Source: Azolla caroliniana (Eukaryota; Plantae; Polypodiophyta). Taken from it: 64,000 bases of DNA. Each line of letters begins with the position of its first letter. Position 1 is the stretch's first letter. The stretch is taken from the NCBI GenBank assembly GCA_043228905.1, contig JBHGNT010000018.1, positions 12,772,001-12,836,000 on the forward strand, written 5' to 3'. The notes below the pieces were generated by a model. It saw nothing but the letters and a program-made list of their open reading frames with translations, was not told the DNA's origin and made no database searches. Shown here in pieces: positions 47,281 through 61,611 of the stretch. The translations under genes were made by a program, and so were the position numbers.

Positions 47281-49954
47281 TTCTGACATCTTTGTCCTTA
47301 GTGCTCCAAAACGTTGATTTAGGAGTCACTTCGCCAAGCAATCGGCGATGTTCACCTCAGTGTCGATCTTCCGAACTTTCAGCTTCTTCTCGGTTATGAG
47401 CTCCTGGATGTGATGATATTGCACCTCAATGTGCTTCGTCTTTGCATGATATACGGGATTGTTAATGAGGTGAATTGTGCTCTGTGAGTCGCAATAGATG
47501 GTCGACTCTAGTAAGTCGATTTGGCTTGTAGATGAGAAGTTGGTAGACAGTTGGTGCAGCTAGATTGCTTCCTTCGCTGCCTCCGATGCTGCTATGTACT
47601 TGGCCTCTGTGGTCGACATGACCATGCACTCGTGAAGCTTTGACCTCCATGATATCGCACTGCCACCATAGGTGAAAATATAGCCTGATGTTGACTTCCG
47701 ATTATCCGTATTTCCGGCTTAGTCGGAATTAGTGTAACCTTCGTCTTCGGCTGAGGTTGTCAAACCGAAAGTCAGTTGTGTATCTTTAGTCCCTCTCAGG
47801 TACATGAAGATGTGCTTGACGGCCTCCCAATGCTTCCATCCTGGGTTTAACATGTACCGGCTGACCACCCCTACAGCATAGGATACGTCGGTTCGGGTCT
47901 CCACCATTGCGTACATGATACTTCCTACGGCCGATGCAAAGGGCATCTTTCCATTAAGCTCTCTCTCCTTGTCCGTTGAAGGAGAGTCTCTATCCGATAG
48001 TCGGATCGACATCAGAAGCAGTGTTGGTGTTGGCTTCACATTCTCCATGTTGAAGCGCTTCAGCACCTTTCAGATAGTCAGACTAGGAGAGTCGAAGAGT
48101 CTTGGTCATCTAATTTCACTCAATCCTCATGCCCAGTATGTGACGGTCTTGTCCAAGTTCCTTCATCGCAAACTTTTCATGAAGGCTCCGCTTGAGCTTT
48201 CCAATCTCTGCTTGATTTCTTCCTACAATCAGCATGTCGTCGACATATAGGATCAGATAAATACTAGACTCGTCGGCCAGTTGCCGAATGTACATGCATG
48301 GGATGGAGTCGGATCGGCGGTATCCAAGTTGCCTGATGTAGGAGTCGAACTTCTGGTACCACAACCTCAATGCTTGTTTCAAGCCATAAAGACTTTTCTT
48401 CAGTTGACATACGAGGTGACTTTCCTCCCCTATCGTCATGAAGCCTGCCGGTTGAGACTTGTAAATGTCTTCTTCTAGATCTCTGTGTAGGAATGTCGTC
48501 TTTACGTCCATCTGCTCAAGCTCTAGATCTTCTGTCGCCACAACTCCTAGTAAGAGTTGGACGGTGGTCATCTTCACTACTGGTGAGAATATCTCGTCGT
48601 AGTCGACCCCATGTTCTTGTTTGAACCCTTTCGCGACAAGCCGAGCTCTGTTTCCAAATTGCATCTTGTTGACTTTGCCTTGTTCAACTCTTGTCGAATC
48701 ATCTCTGTCTTTGATGGCTTTTTCTTCGAGTTTGACTAGTGGATCTCCTACCGATTCGGAGTCGGTTGATATGTTGTCGGTTTGGTCGAGTTCGACTGTT
48801 TGTCGAATCTTTGAGTCAGCTTGGTGGGACGGTCCTTCTACGACATCTTTGTCAGCTTCGAAGGATACCTTCTTACCAAATATTTTCTGTTGGTTCCGCT
48901 CAGAGAAGATAGAGTCTTCATTGAAGATTACGCCATTGCTCTGGATTAGTTTCCGGTTCTCAGGGTCCCATAGCCTATAGCTGAAGTCCCCACCGGTTCC
49001 ATAATCGAGAAATATGCACTTGATTGCATGGGGTGCTAACTGGGTCCTTTTCTCCCTGGGGATAAACGTGTATGCTTCACATCCGAATATACAAATCCTA
49101 TCGTAGGTCGACTTTTGCCTGACCATAGTGCCTGTGGCACTTCGAGTCTGATTGCTTTCGACGGTGATAGATTTACCAAGTATACTGCCGTTTGTAACGC
49201 CTCAACCCAGAACTCCAGCTTCAGTCCAGCTTGTTGGTGCATTGTTGTCCCCCTCTCCTGGATCGTTCGGTTGATCCATTCTGCCACTCCATTCTGCATG
49301 GGTGTGTAAGGAACAGTCTTTTGGTGTCGGATCCCTTTGTCAGACAGGTATTGTTTGAAGGCTCTGGTGGTATATTCTCCTCCACTGTTAGATCAAAGTG
49401 TCTTCACTCTATATCCAGACTGGTTCTCCACTTTAGTTGTCCATCGAGTGAAGACCTCGAGCGCTTCATCTTTGGACCTAATCAAGTAGGCCCAGACCTT
49501 CCATATATAGTCATCTACGAAAGTGATGAAGTACCGGGAGCCTCCTAGTGATCGCTCTAGCATGGGCCCACATATATATGTGTGCACGAGTTCTAGGGGT
49601 TGTCGTACCGTCTTGTAGTGTAGAGAGTGTGGACTTCGGGTCTGTTTCCCATTTCGACAATGGTCGTAGAAGTCCGTCTTTGCCTAGAGTTTAGGGATGT
49701 AGCCGACCGCCATTGGCCGATCGAGTCCGGATTGGGAGCCATCGGCAGAAACAACCACCTAGGTGCCTGATAATTCCACTTAGTCCTCGTCAAATATTTG
49801 ACCCTCATATAGACATATGGCTGAGTAGCCATGCCATAGGTTTGGGTCGGTCTTTTCGGCTACGTTCACGACCCCTTCTGGATTGATCGCCATCAGTGGG
49901 TGCAAGTTATTGTACTTGTGCCCACTCCCGATTTTGAGATTTCCTTGGCTAACA
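47281..49954 (-). mobile_element. LTR-less INT-RT-RH fragment of a Tnt1-like Copia
   Basis: ARLVAKGFKQEHGVDYDEIFSPVVKMTT, YVDDML, ICGPM, QNGVAE; similar to the intact Copia family, not to the surrounding host. Confidence 0.85.
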
Positions 49955-50163
49955 AAAGTACTAACAAGTACTTCAATGCTCATACGAGCGACTGACATTG
50001 ACTCCCAAAAATATGCCTACGTACTAGGCTAGATTGGTAGGCCTCTAACGGCCTACCAGTTACAATCCAATCTGGCTCCTGGTTTTGGACATTGATCCGG
50101 TTCTTCGTTCCGTCTTTGGCTTGTTCAACCGATCCGGATCCGGTTGAGCTTGTCCGCTCAACA

Positions 50164-50440
50164 AACAAGTAAACAAAACTAACTGAGACTACTTAAGCAA
50201 ATTGACGAGAAAGGACAGAGTGAGAGAGATCCAGATAGGCACACAAGAATATGTAATTGTATTATTCAAGGGTTACAACAGAAAGAATGGTGGCATCTTT
50301 TTGTTATAAACTAGTTAAAAGTTCAGTTATATACAATTGAACTAGGGCAACTGCCCTTTTAGCTAATTAGAAATGTAGCCTATTCTACTTTGTTTAACTG
50401 GGATAATGTGAATACGGCCATTATATACCCATATTCGACA
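50164..50440 (-). repeat. Remainder of the Tnt1-like 5' LTR that begins at 29575
   Basis: CTAGGGCAACTGCCCTTT...GGATAATGTGAATACGGCCATTATA...TATTCGACA parallels the intact Copia LTR end. Confidence 0.75.
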
Positions 50441-50444
50441 ATTC

Positions 50445-51300
50445 CTCCATGACCCAAGTTGGTGCCTAGCGGCCATCGTGTTTACGATGAATGGATCTAG
50501 TTTTATGATAAGTATACAATATCACGCCGAAGAGCATTTTTGAAATCCGGACATTCCCTTTGTTGATGATCGAAGAGTCACACCAAATACATCTATGAAG
50601 AAGTTACATTGACGATTAGGGAGATTTTGTCCCTTATCCCACCAAACTTGAGCTATTTTTAGATCTCAAACAATCTCTATGAGTTCATTGATTGTTGTTC
50701 CTCCGATTAACCTTTCAACCATGTCATTTCTTGGCCTTACTACCACTTAGAGGTATGTTTTTTTCATCTTGATTTCTTCGTTCAATTGGGGCTACGGTAT
50801 ACAAAGTCAGATCATTGTCTCATTGGAGATGCTTGTCAAACTGCCCACATGCTCTCGCTACCGCTGCCCAATCCATAATAAGACCATCTTAGTTTTCCAA
50901 AAGTAGTCCAAGGTCCCTTCGATCCTTCACATCCACTGCCTTTAAGAATAGAAGCACCTTGCTAGAGTCTAGTATAGTTTGATCAAGCATAGATAGTCAA
51001 CTAAATCTTTGCTCAAACTCATGGAATGTTTCACTTGTTGTCATCATTTTGTTGGGACTTTCCATCAAATCGATTAGCTCCTTCCTCATCATTCAGGAGC
51101 CTATATTCCTTGAGTAAGTTTCATTCAAAAGTTGCCTAATCTATGCTTATTGCTTGTATCTTTAAAATGCGAGAATAGATGTTTGATGCTACAATCGTCA
51201 TAAAGCTTGAAAATTGTCTATCATGGGTATAACTCAAACCAAATTATTAATTGAATCACCAACATGCAAGTCAGCCACCTTCCCCTGCCGGTCTTTCAGG
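50445..51300 (-). pseudogene. Highly degraded Ty3 gag related to the 32536-39249 family
   Basis: rc translation FEQRFS*LSMLDQTILDSSKVLLFLKAVDVKDRRDLGLLLE aligns with FESRFGRLS...IIMFLRAVDVRDRKDLGVLLE. Confidence 0.7.
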
Positions 51301-51463
51301 TCAGGTTCACCAAATTAATGTGGCGAAGTTACACGCATGCTTGTGCTACTTGAGCGGGACCACCGAGGACTTAAACTAAAGAGGATAGATGACTCAAATT
51401 TTCATTAGTGTCCAATGATTTTCAGACTCAAAGTTATCCTAGACAGGACAGTAGGTTGTAGTT

Positions 51464-51783
51464 GAAGGTAGCCTAGACTTGAAGGTAGGCAAGACTCAAA
51501 CATAGCCCAGTCTCGAAGGTAGGTTAGAGTCAAAGATGGCCTAGACTAGAAGGTAGGCTGGATTTAAAGGTAGCCCAGACTTGAAGGTAGGTCAAAGTCA
51601 AAGTTAGCCCAAACACGAAGGTAGGTCAGAGTGGAAGGTAGCCCAGGCTCGACTGTAGCCTAGAGTAGAAATTAGCCTAGACTAGAATGTAGGCCAGAGT
51701 TAAAGGTAACTCAAACTCGAAGGTAACCTAAAGTCGAAGATAGGCCAGAGTTGAAGTTAGACCAATGTCGAAGGTAGGTCAGA
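51464..51783. repeat. 17-bp minisatellite, ~19 units, with alternating A/B variants
   Basis: GAAGGTAGCCCAGACTC alternating with GAAGGTAGGTCAGAGTC. Confidence 0.85.
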
Positions 51784-53284
51784 ATAGTGAACTATGTGCA
51801 TAATTAACACATAATTGACCCAAAGATCTTGAGATTACGAATTGGTTTTACAATATTAAGTCTAGAAATGCTTGATTAAGGAAGAAGTTCCCTTTATAAA
51901 ATAGGGATTACATGTTGGGGTAAATGATTACAACGGTGTTAAAATTCGAGAAATAAATCATAAACTAAAAATCCTAAATTTCATGGTGAATCAGAAAATA
52001 AAACTCTATGACGTTAAGTATGTTGTGGAGAAGAAGATGATGAAGAAGAAGAAAAGAATAAGAGTGAAATTCTAAGGAGTGAATCAGCAATAGTCGATCA
52101 AAATGATACTGAGCACTAGGATTCGTTGGTAATTCGAAAGCTTCAAATAAACACCATCAAGGATGGTAACATGTGCACGCATAGAATGTTGTAATCCTAC
52201 TAGAGGAATGTATAGAATTCCTGTATGCAAATTCTGCGGAAGTTAATATATCAGCCCAATCATCTTGTTGGTAACTGATGAAACATCAAAGATACTCCAA
52301 TGTCTAATTTGTATGCTTTGTTTGACCATCAGTTTGTGGATGATAGCTTGCAGGAGACTTTGAGCATTATGAAGAGATGCTTTCAAATTTTAGATATAAT
52401 TTGTGGTTCACAATTACTAATGATGTTGTCTAGAAGTTTGTGGTGGCAAAATACTTCACGCATGACTAGATTTGTTGTTCCTTCACTAGTGATATCTTTA
52501 GTGTATGGTAAGATAGTAGTGCCATTTTAGCATATTGATCAACTACTATTAAGATAGCTTTGAACCCCTTAGTATCTGAAAGATCTGTAATAAAATTTAA
52601 AGATATAGATTGTCATGGCTTGCTCGAAATTGGTAACAGCTAGTCACATTGACGGGTCGTCAATAAGGAGAAGATAACAAGTCACTCCAACCAACACATC
52701 TTTGTCAACACCAAAGACTATTTCAATTGAAAAGATCTAAATTTCACTTTGACCATAGAACCCAAAGAAGCATATAAAGGTTGTCTATTGTGATCTAGTT
52801 AAACCCATATAATGTCAACCACCCAATAGAAAAACAAATTATGGTGAAGTTCACAACAAAGCAACCAATTTAATTGTTCAATGATATGGCAATTAATTGT
52901 TTCTTAAAGGCAAATTACACGAATCCAAGTTTGACTTGTACAATTGTAAAAAACTTACCATTTATATTAATATGCACTAACAACCTAGGTGAAGCTATTG
53001 GTAACTACCCCCGTATGCACTCATAATCATGTCTCAAACGTGAGAGTGAAGCGTGTAGATATGGAACTAAACCATAATACACCTACGTACATTTGACCCC
53101 ACTCAAGTGCCCAGTGCCAAATAGCATCTCAAACTATGACATCTGCCATGCCACTACTTATGCTCCAGGAAAGGACTTCTATAATGTTTTATGGGTCCCA
53201 TATGTTTTCATTATTGGCATCCCAAAATTACAATATACCAACATCAAAATCAGTCATCGTTACATCAACATTGGCATCAATATC

Positions 53285-53899
53285 AACATCATCACATGTG
53301 CCCTTTCTAGTCGAATAAAACTTTCAAAAAATGCATTTGTCCCTAAGTTACTCTCGTCATCATCAATGAGCCTACGCAATGCGGGGATGATGATAATGCA
53401 TCACCATCAACATCCTCACACGCTCTAGTCCAACTAAACATCATCACATGTGTTCTTTCTAATCGAATAAAACTTTAAAAAAATGCATTCATCTCAAAGT
53501 TACTCTCATATCATCAATGAGCCTATGCAATGCAGGGGTGATGATAATGCATCAACATCAACATCCTCGCACGCTCTAGTCCAACTAAACATCATCACAT
53601 GTCCTCTTTCTAGTCAAATAAAACTTTAAAAAAATGCATTCGTCTCTAAGTTACGCTCATCATCATCAATGAGCCTACGCAATGTGGGGATGATGATAAT
53701 GCATGCATCAACATCAACATCCTCACACGCTCTAGTCCGACTAAACATCATCACCTGCGCTCTTTCTAGTCAAATAAAACATTACAAAAACACATTCATC
53801 TCTAAGTTACTTATCATCATCGGGTGAGCCTACATAATGCGGGGATGATGATAATGCATCAACATCAGCATCTTCACACGCTCTAGTCGAACTAAACAT
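53285..53899. repeat. ~152-bp tandem repeat, 4 copies, just 3' of the P4-ATPase gene
   Basis: Units start with AACATCATCAC at ~53285, 53437, 53588, 53744. Confidence 0.92.
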
Positions 53900-54115
53900 T
53901 AAATAGAACAGGTTTGCATCAATTATTTTCTCTCAATATTATCACTGAGGCCTAAATAATGGAAGCATGCTCTGAACTGTGCCATGTCTTGAGTAAAATG
54001 TAAAAGCATTACTGGACTCTTGTTGCTTTTCAATTGTGCACAGATTATTCCCATGTAAACAAGTATAACGTACACATTTACAATGCCAAATAAGATGGAA
54101 CAATGAATACAGATT

Positions 54116-57100
54116 TCAACTAGCTGGCTGCATTTCAACGTCGTCACTAACTTCTCTCTTCTGCCCATGATCCTGCGTTTGAAGCTCCTTTCTGAATGCC
54201 CTTCGATGCCAACGGTTCTTTCGAACATTAGCTGAATTACCTACTTGCAGAGGAGAATCTTTGTTTTCGGGAACCCTAAGCAGACATTCTGAGCCTTTTT
54301 TCTTTTGCAGACGAAACCATTCCAAAATGATTTGATCATCTCTTGGACAGAAGGCTTGTTGAATCGATTTAAACAAGAAGGATGGAACAAGGGCTGCTAT
54401 AGTGACTAGCAATAGAATAAGCCAAAATGAAGGTGCAGGGCCGCAGGCCTCAATGAGCACCTTATAAGCTGTAGTTGAAATGGTAGGGGGAATATAGCCA
54501 TACAGAACCAGAAATAAATACCATAGACCGATGCTACCCCAGATGAAAACATGTTGAATCAATGTGAAATACCTAATGAGAAGTGCAAGCTGGCAGTTAA
54601 CAGTCCACACAACACAAGTGTACAATACTGCTCCGAAAACATTGGCTTCTGACACTCGGCCATCCTTGCGAAATGCTTGTGGATGGACAATGCGTAAAGT
54701 AAAAAAGAATATTATAACCGAGGAAACAACACCTAATGCCATCCATAAAAGAATTCTCCACCAACTGAAGTACATGTTCTTAATTCCTTGCTTATATAGT
54801 TGTGGAATCTAGAAAAACACGTCAAACCGAGGCTTATTAACCTATAAAACTACCTACCACTTTGGATGAAAATGGAAGAACCGAACCTCATAATGCATAC
54901 CAGTAATTTTAACCTTGCCGCAATGTCTTGCTCAAAAACACCCAAAGCAAGGACTGGAAGCGATGTAAAGAAGACATTGAAGAGAGACATGTACCAGTCA
55001 TTATATGCTGCTTGTCCTGAGAACGCTGTATAGACTTCATAATAAAAGAGTGTAAAGCCAAAGAGAATGTTCTTGTAGAAGAAATAGCAGATCTGAAAAA
55101 ATGAGTGGTCATGTGTATATATTGTATTCCAATTATTAATAATAAAAATATGATTAGCTTCATTAGCACAAGAAAACAAAAGACCATGTGTGCAATCCGT
55201 TTGTAGCACCAGCTTCCATGTATGAGTAGTAGCTGCTCCAAATACCTAAATTGTGCTATGGAGAAATCACTTGCCATTGTTGCCTAAATGCACAAAATGG
55301 GATGGTTTAAAAACTTCTGCGACAAACTATATATATTCAAATATATATAGAGTTCAATATATTTATATCCTAAGAGTTGAGAGTACCTGCATGCCTTCAA
55401 CTCCAGCAATGCCAACGCCAACGTGTGCCTCTTGTATCATACCCACATCATTTGCACCATCGCCAACACCCAATATAATGCCCTTTGTGTTTCTCTTCAC
55501 CAAGTTGGTTATCTGCAATAGAATACAGCATTAAATGTAACATTGCTTTGGTTTGAATAGAATGGCTTGTTAAGAGTCAACACTTATGGATTTTCTTTTG
55601 CAAGTCTTTTGGTCAATAAACCAGTTTAGTTTTGTCCTGAAATGGCGACGCTTCTTATGTTTGACCGAATAGCCTATGATCTAAACAAAAAAGTGGGATG
55701 TATATTCCCGATAGTGGTATCAGAAGTTCAACTTTTTCAGGAAGTCAGACTGAATTCTGCTGTGTTAATGAGGATTCCTGCCTGTACATCAAGCCATGTT
55801 CTGATGGCAGTCTGATCCTCCCCATCATGTACATAGATGACTTGCTAATAGCTATTAGCAAGTCAACGAGGATATACAAGCTCTGAAGTGGAAAATGAAC
55901 CAGAAGTTTAACATGACAGCTATGGGAACAAAGCATATACGTGGATCACATGAGATAGGAAGAATCAGAGGATAATTTCTTTGGTAGAGAAAGTATTTTC
56001 TGCTTTCAACATGTGCAAAGAAAGGACTTTATGCATGGATTCATCAACGTGATTCAATAAACAATCTTCATGCAAAGGTTGCAGTTAAACAAAGCAGTCT
56101 GTTTGTTGAAAATATCAGATCACTCACCATAGCCTTTTGTTTTGGAGACACTCTGCAACAGATGACAGAGGCACATTTGGTGGATATCTCCATCAGCTGA
56201 TGTTCAAGAGCTTTGTCCAAAACATGATTTACTGCCTTCCCATCAATGATTAATGCAGACACTGTATCATCAATTTCCTCAAGTTTTTCTTTACAGGAAA
56301 CAATCTGCTGTTTTGCATTCTCCAAGGAAACCTTCACACCACCAAACTATGGTTGTTATAATCTTCCATCTGTTACAAAATCTAACACGAACATACTGCA
56401 ACATCATAGTTATATGGCCTCACTTTGCTGATAAGTTGCTTATCTCCAGAGGCTTCTGCCCTCTTTACTTCTTCATTTTCCAATGAGATAACCATCTGCA
56501 CCATATCTTGATGCAATAAGCTGCATGCAAAGCTATCAGATTCAAACAATTTGTCAGCACCTTGGTACAAACTCGAATAGTAATTTTAATTGAGTCATAA
56601 TTGCAAATACCCAATGTTGATAGCAGTCTCTAATTTATCTCCAGTCAGCACCCATATTTTGATTCCAGCTTGAGCAAGTTTGCTTATGCATTCTGGTACC
56701 TTTTTAATGAATATGGATGATTAGGATCTCCTTAAATATATTAGTATAACCAATTCTGATAATAGGTGTAAAACACTCTACGTACCCCTTTTTGTAACTT
56801 GTCTTCCACAGCTGTTGCTCCAATGAGCATAAGATCTCTCTCTATCAAATCAGATGCTTCATCTAATTTTACATCTCTTTCCATGCCTACAAACATTTTC
56901 GCTTTCATGAACTCACTATTCCATAACTCATATTCTGAAGGTTCTATTCTCCTATATGTAATAGCTAAAGTTCTTAATCCAGCAGCAGCATAATTGACAA
57001 GATGAGCTTCCGTAGATTCCATATATTTTCTTCCATTCTCCCCTAATCTTTCAAACATTACACTAAAACAAATACAAACACAATCAGGAATGCACCAATA

Positions 57101-60100
57101 ATAAATTAATGTGTATAATAAATGGATGTTTTGTATAAAAAAGGTCAGGGTTAAAAAAGAAGATCCTATATTTATAAATAACCTTTTTCAAAGAAACATC
57201 CGACTTAATGAAATAATGCTCTTCTCTCACACATAAATGCATCTTGAGCTATTAATAATGTAGGTGTATGTGTATCTCAATTTGGAACCTGTCAGCGCCT
57301 TTGCAGAAAAGTAGGATATTATCTTCTTCATCCTTAACAACAACCGACATACGCTTTCGAGCACTGGTGAATTCCAAAAGTTGAAGCACTTTATACTCCC
57401 TACATTCCAAGGAAATGAAATGAAATTTCGTTTCTAGAAACATAAACACTTTAAAACGTTTCAATTCATAAGAATATGGTTTACCTTGTTACTTTATCAT
57501 TAAATTTAGGGTCTGTTTCTTTAACCCATACACTTGATTGTGTTCGTTTGAAGAATTCAAATCCCAGTTCCCGGGCAGCCAATACAAATGCTCCTTCATC
57601 TGGAGATTCTGCCTCATAAGTAGTCATCCCACTTTCATCTTCATCTGGAACAACTGTATGGCATACAGCTAAAATACGTAAAAACATCTGGATTTCCGAA
57701 GCACATGGTTGCTGTATCCAATTATTATTCATCAATCTATTATCAATGAAGTTGAATCCTTTTATAGCACCAGCACCACTAATCTCATTTTCAGTATTTT
57801 GTTCATTGTCCTGGTGTGAAGTTGAGATTTTTCCTTCCCTTTGAGCTGCAGCAATTTCCACCTCTGTGATTCCTTCACCATAAGAAGTACCAGCTATAGT
57901 ACACTTAACAAAGTCCATTTGATTGCATGTTAAGGTTCCAGTTTTATCAGTTAAAATGGTATTGACTTGACCTAGCTCCTCATTCAAATTTGATGTTCGT
58001 GCCCGTGCAGGAATGTCTGCCTTCTCATAATACATTCTTAAATCCTGGTTTATAAACATAGCTTGTGTCACTTTCACTATCTCAATAGAGACATACAGTG
58101 ATATGGGGATGAGGTAACCATACAAAATTAAGGCGGTAATCAAATGTAGAAGACCTGCAACAAAAGGTTTTTTGGGGTTATAAAAAGCATTTGCATCATC
58201 TGGTTTAAGATACCACCACCTAGATGTCCATTTCCATGTGATAATACCCAAGGCAATGGAGCCAACAGCAGATATAAGCACCAAAATGGCAAAAAGAAAG
58301 TAAATAATAAGATCCATCCTTTTCTCGATGTTGCTTCTCTTTGATGGCGGAGCTGTTGCATTTTGCATTACTTTAGTATCATGTCCAGTAAAAATCACAG
58401 CTCCGAATATGTAATCTGTATTCCTTAGCTTTGAATCCCGTAATAGAATTTGTTGAGGTCCTAAGGGTTGGACTTCCTTGTTAGGAACTCTCAGGTTCCC
58501 AATAAAACTATACAGCTGTGGGTTGGGGTTTTCACTTATAATACTTGCGTGAAATGATTTGAACTTTTCCTCCTCGTCTAAATAAAGTGTGCATTCTAAT
58601 GATCTCTTCATCTTCAGGTTCGTTTCACCATCAAGGTTCATGGTTTCCACATAGCAAATTCCATCTTCAACACTGGAAGACAGTAGTAAAAGATCCGCTG
58701 GGAAAAAGTCATCCTTCAGAACTTTCAGAATATCTCCTGTCCTCACATTTTTCCACTCTGTACGAGAAAATATTCCATCTCCTTTATGAAGAAGTGTCAT
58801 TCGATTATTGACCTCCTTGTCCTGCATATTCATGAAAGTGAATAACCACAATTTGTTTTAAATGCAAATTCAGTGGGAATGTAATTGGAATTTCCAATGG
58901 AGGATAAAAAACCAAAATGGAAGTCCAGTATGCTCTCTCAATATACATTCTAGTCTGCAGTTCTAGCAGATTGTGAGAGCATTATTCTCTGCTTTGATCC
59001 TCAGCTGCATTGTAGGGTATGGATTACTGCATTTAAGGTTTTTGCATTCTGGTATTAGGAGCATCACTCGGGCTGTGTTTCTTCACAGTATCATCTAGGC
59101 CTTGTCTTCTTATAGCTGTCAACCTTCGGTCATGTATCTGAAGGAAGTGTTTGACAGATGGTCCTTTTTCTCAAAGAGCTTTTTTCAAGCATGCAAATAT
59201 CTCAGAGGTAAGTTTCCGACTTCCCAATATGGTACCTCATAAGTTACTCCTGTACTTTTTCCAAAGGGAATAGCCAAGCTTTTTCTAATCAGGATAACAT
59301 TGAGTCCTTTGCTTTGGTTTAGCGGTAGACCAAAAGCGGCATCAGCTTTTCCTTTTTTCTCTAATGAAAAACTGACTATTTGAACATAGCATTCTCTTTC
59401 AAAAGCATGCAATTATATTAAGCATGCATTTTTTGTGTGGCCTTTAATGAGAGTAAAAACGATTCTCTCCATTTAAAGCTCATGAAATTTCGGCATCCTT
59501 ACATGGGTATGGCTTACGACGATTAAGCAGCATTCCCATTTTTCTGGCATTTTATTAGTTCTTTTAAGGTTTCCAAGTAGAGAAATAAAGTACAAAAATA
59601 AAATGAGATGTGCACGCAAAGTAATTATAATAATTGACCATATATATATATATAGAACATGGACATGGATATATCATATGAGTATGTGCCTATATGCGTA
59701 TGTAAATGGGTGCGGTGCATACACTTAAGTACCAAGGCAGGTATACTGGTAGTACATACTTGCAGGTAGCGGTGCCAATCTTCAATAGCCTCCTTAACCA
59801 TGCTCACACCGACAACGAACACAAGAGGTGCAATGAGACTCGAGGCCGAGAATGGAGAAAGTGGAGTCACAGAAACGGCAGCCCCAAGCAGGAAGTACAA
59901 ATTGGCTACTCTTCTAAACTGCTCAAAAAGAGCCTTTGGAAGAAATGTTACCAGGCTATATTTGGTGGTAGAGACCCAGTTAGAAGGAAAATGTACATTA
60001 TTTTCCTTAAAGTCATTGATATAAACTACTCTTGAACAGTCTTCATAGCCAAGTGATAAAGAAGCTTCATCCTTATGGTAATGGCTGAGACACGAAAAAG

Positions 60101-60167
60101 TGTAAAGATTGCACCATTTGAGCCGTTTTCTTCTTCTTCTTTGACTGTTTCCTGCGGACTCTGGCAT
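54116..60167 (-). CDS. ALA: Phospholipid-transporting P4-type ATPase (ALA flippase); exons 60167-59760, 58821-57485, 57399-57289, 57062-56786, 56699-56611, 56532-56424, 56331-56128, 55512-55387, 55283-55185, 55092-54901, 54808-54116
   Basis: [71 protein letters not shown] motifs; GT-AG boundaries read at each junction. Confidence 0.96.
55690..56040 (+). mobile_element. Relic Copia RT fragment in an ALA intron
   Basis: EDSCLYIK...[13 protein letters not shown] resembles the Copia RT YVDD region. Confidence 0.6.
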
Positions 60168-60625
60168 TTTTTGTATGTTTCAAGATGGAGAAATTGGATA
60201 CTTTCACCGTTATGAGACTAAGATTGATTACTCTTACTCTTCTTAGACAGAGGTCGGATTGGCAATCCGCGCTACATGGATGCAAAATTTGACTGTAAAT
60301 GGACGACGGTATCAGAAACGCATGAATGAATGAGACACCCGAAAGTATGATCAGCTCTTCGTTTGATCATTCGTCTTCTTCATGGATGCTTTCTTGTTCT
60401 GGCTTTCCATGAATATTCCAGAAAGGAGGAACCGATATTGGCACCCCTTTCAAAACTAGCACTGATTATTCCAAGTACTGTTTTAACAGATGGAGCAAAA
60501 TGGAGAGCTTCTATACGAACTTCTCTGTGAAACATTGATGGGGGAGTGAGGGAGCAGAAGTATCAGGGCAGTACCTTAAAGGACGCCATGGAGTAAATTC
60601 GTCTGCTGAGACATTCTTCTGTCAT

Positions 60626-60711
60626 ATTCGTTCGTTCGTTCGTTCGTTCATCTTCTTCTTCTTCTTCTTCTTCTTCTTCTTCTAATTATTATTATTATTA
60701 TTATTATTATT
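60626..60711. repeat. Compound microsatellite (TTCG)n(TCT)n(ATT)n upstream of the ALA start codon
   Basis: Read directly. Confidence 0.9.
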
Positions 60712-61611
60712 GGCTTGATATATATGTTCAGAAGAGGAGACACTGACTGTTTGGAAGGCTAAGAGCTTCCTTCATCATACGCAGAAGTAAGTAACTAAGT
60801 TCACAGGCAGGCAGGCGAGAAGGGAATGATGACGGGAAGCATCGTCTAAAAGGTATGTATGAGAGAGAAAGGCGAGCAAAAGGCCTGATGATGATGATGA
60901 TGATCCTGATGATGATCTGGAGGAGGAGAAAGGAGGAAGAAGAAGAGGAAGAAGAGGTGGCGATGGCGGTGGCGGTGGCGATGAAATCTGTGTCTGTCTG
61001 CGGCGGTACACACGTGGCGCTTTTCCTTTCTTTCTACATACTATGTACATACATACATGCATATGTACATGTACATGTACATGTATTGAACACACGTACG
61101 TACGTCTACTAGACGTGGCTTCTCCTTTCTTTCTACTGTCTACATATTATGTACATACATGTATGTATACGTGAATACATCATACATACATAGATACATG
61201 CATATGAATATGTACATACATTCATGAATAATACGTACGTGCCCCTCTCCTTTCTTTCTACAGCCTTTTTCTTTGTATTTATTATTTTGACACCCCCTCA
61301 ATGATGCTTCTCTTCTTTTTCTAGTTCTCTCTCCTCTCTTCTTTTCTGAAAACAAATCAGTTATATTAATAAATGTGTGGTGACAACGGAGTATGGTCAC
61401 CCAACCCACTAACTACACGGGTTGTGGAACATGTTAAGTTGCGACTTGCCAATAGGCAATACCCAACACTCCGTCGAGGAAAGAATTTAGACTTGCACCA
61501 ATAAAGAAAATTGTCACATGAGTACTCCCTTCAACTTTCGTAGATATACGGTGATATTTCCACGGAAACAAGCAAGTTCTGCCTATGTGGCCCTTCACCA
61601 AAAGCAACAAA

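Larger units (their letters stand above)
29612..50163 (-). mobile_element. Ty1/copia host of nest B; 3' LTR ~29612-30072, partial 5' LTR ~49955-50163; pol pieces at 30421-31242, 31962-32535, 39250-40494, 46571-47280
   Basis: LTR homology between 29860-30072 and 49962-50163; RH-RT-INT pieces become collinear when the inserts are removed. TSD not clean. Confidence 0.8.

Noticed and set aside
51464-51783. CRISPR-like array
   Set aside because: No unique spacers, no cas genes, eukaryotic context.
60775-61409. Low-complexity ORFs upstream of ALA
   Set aside because: Produced by trinucleotide and TACA microsatellites; probably UTR or promoter.
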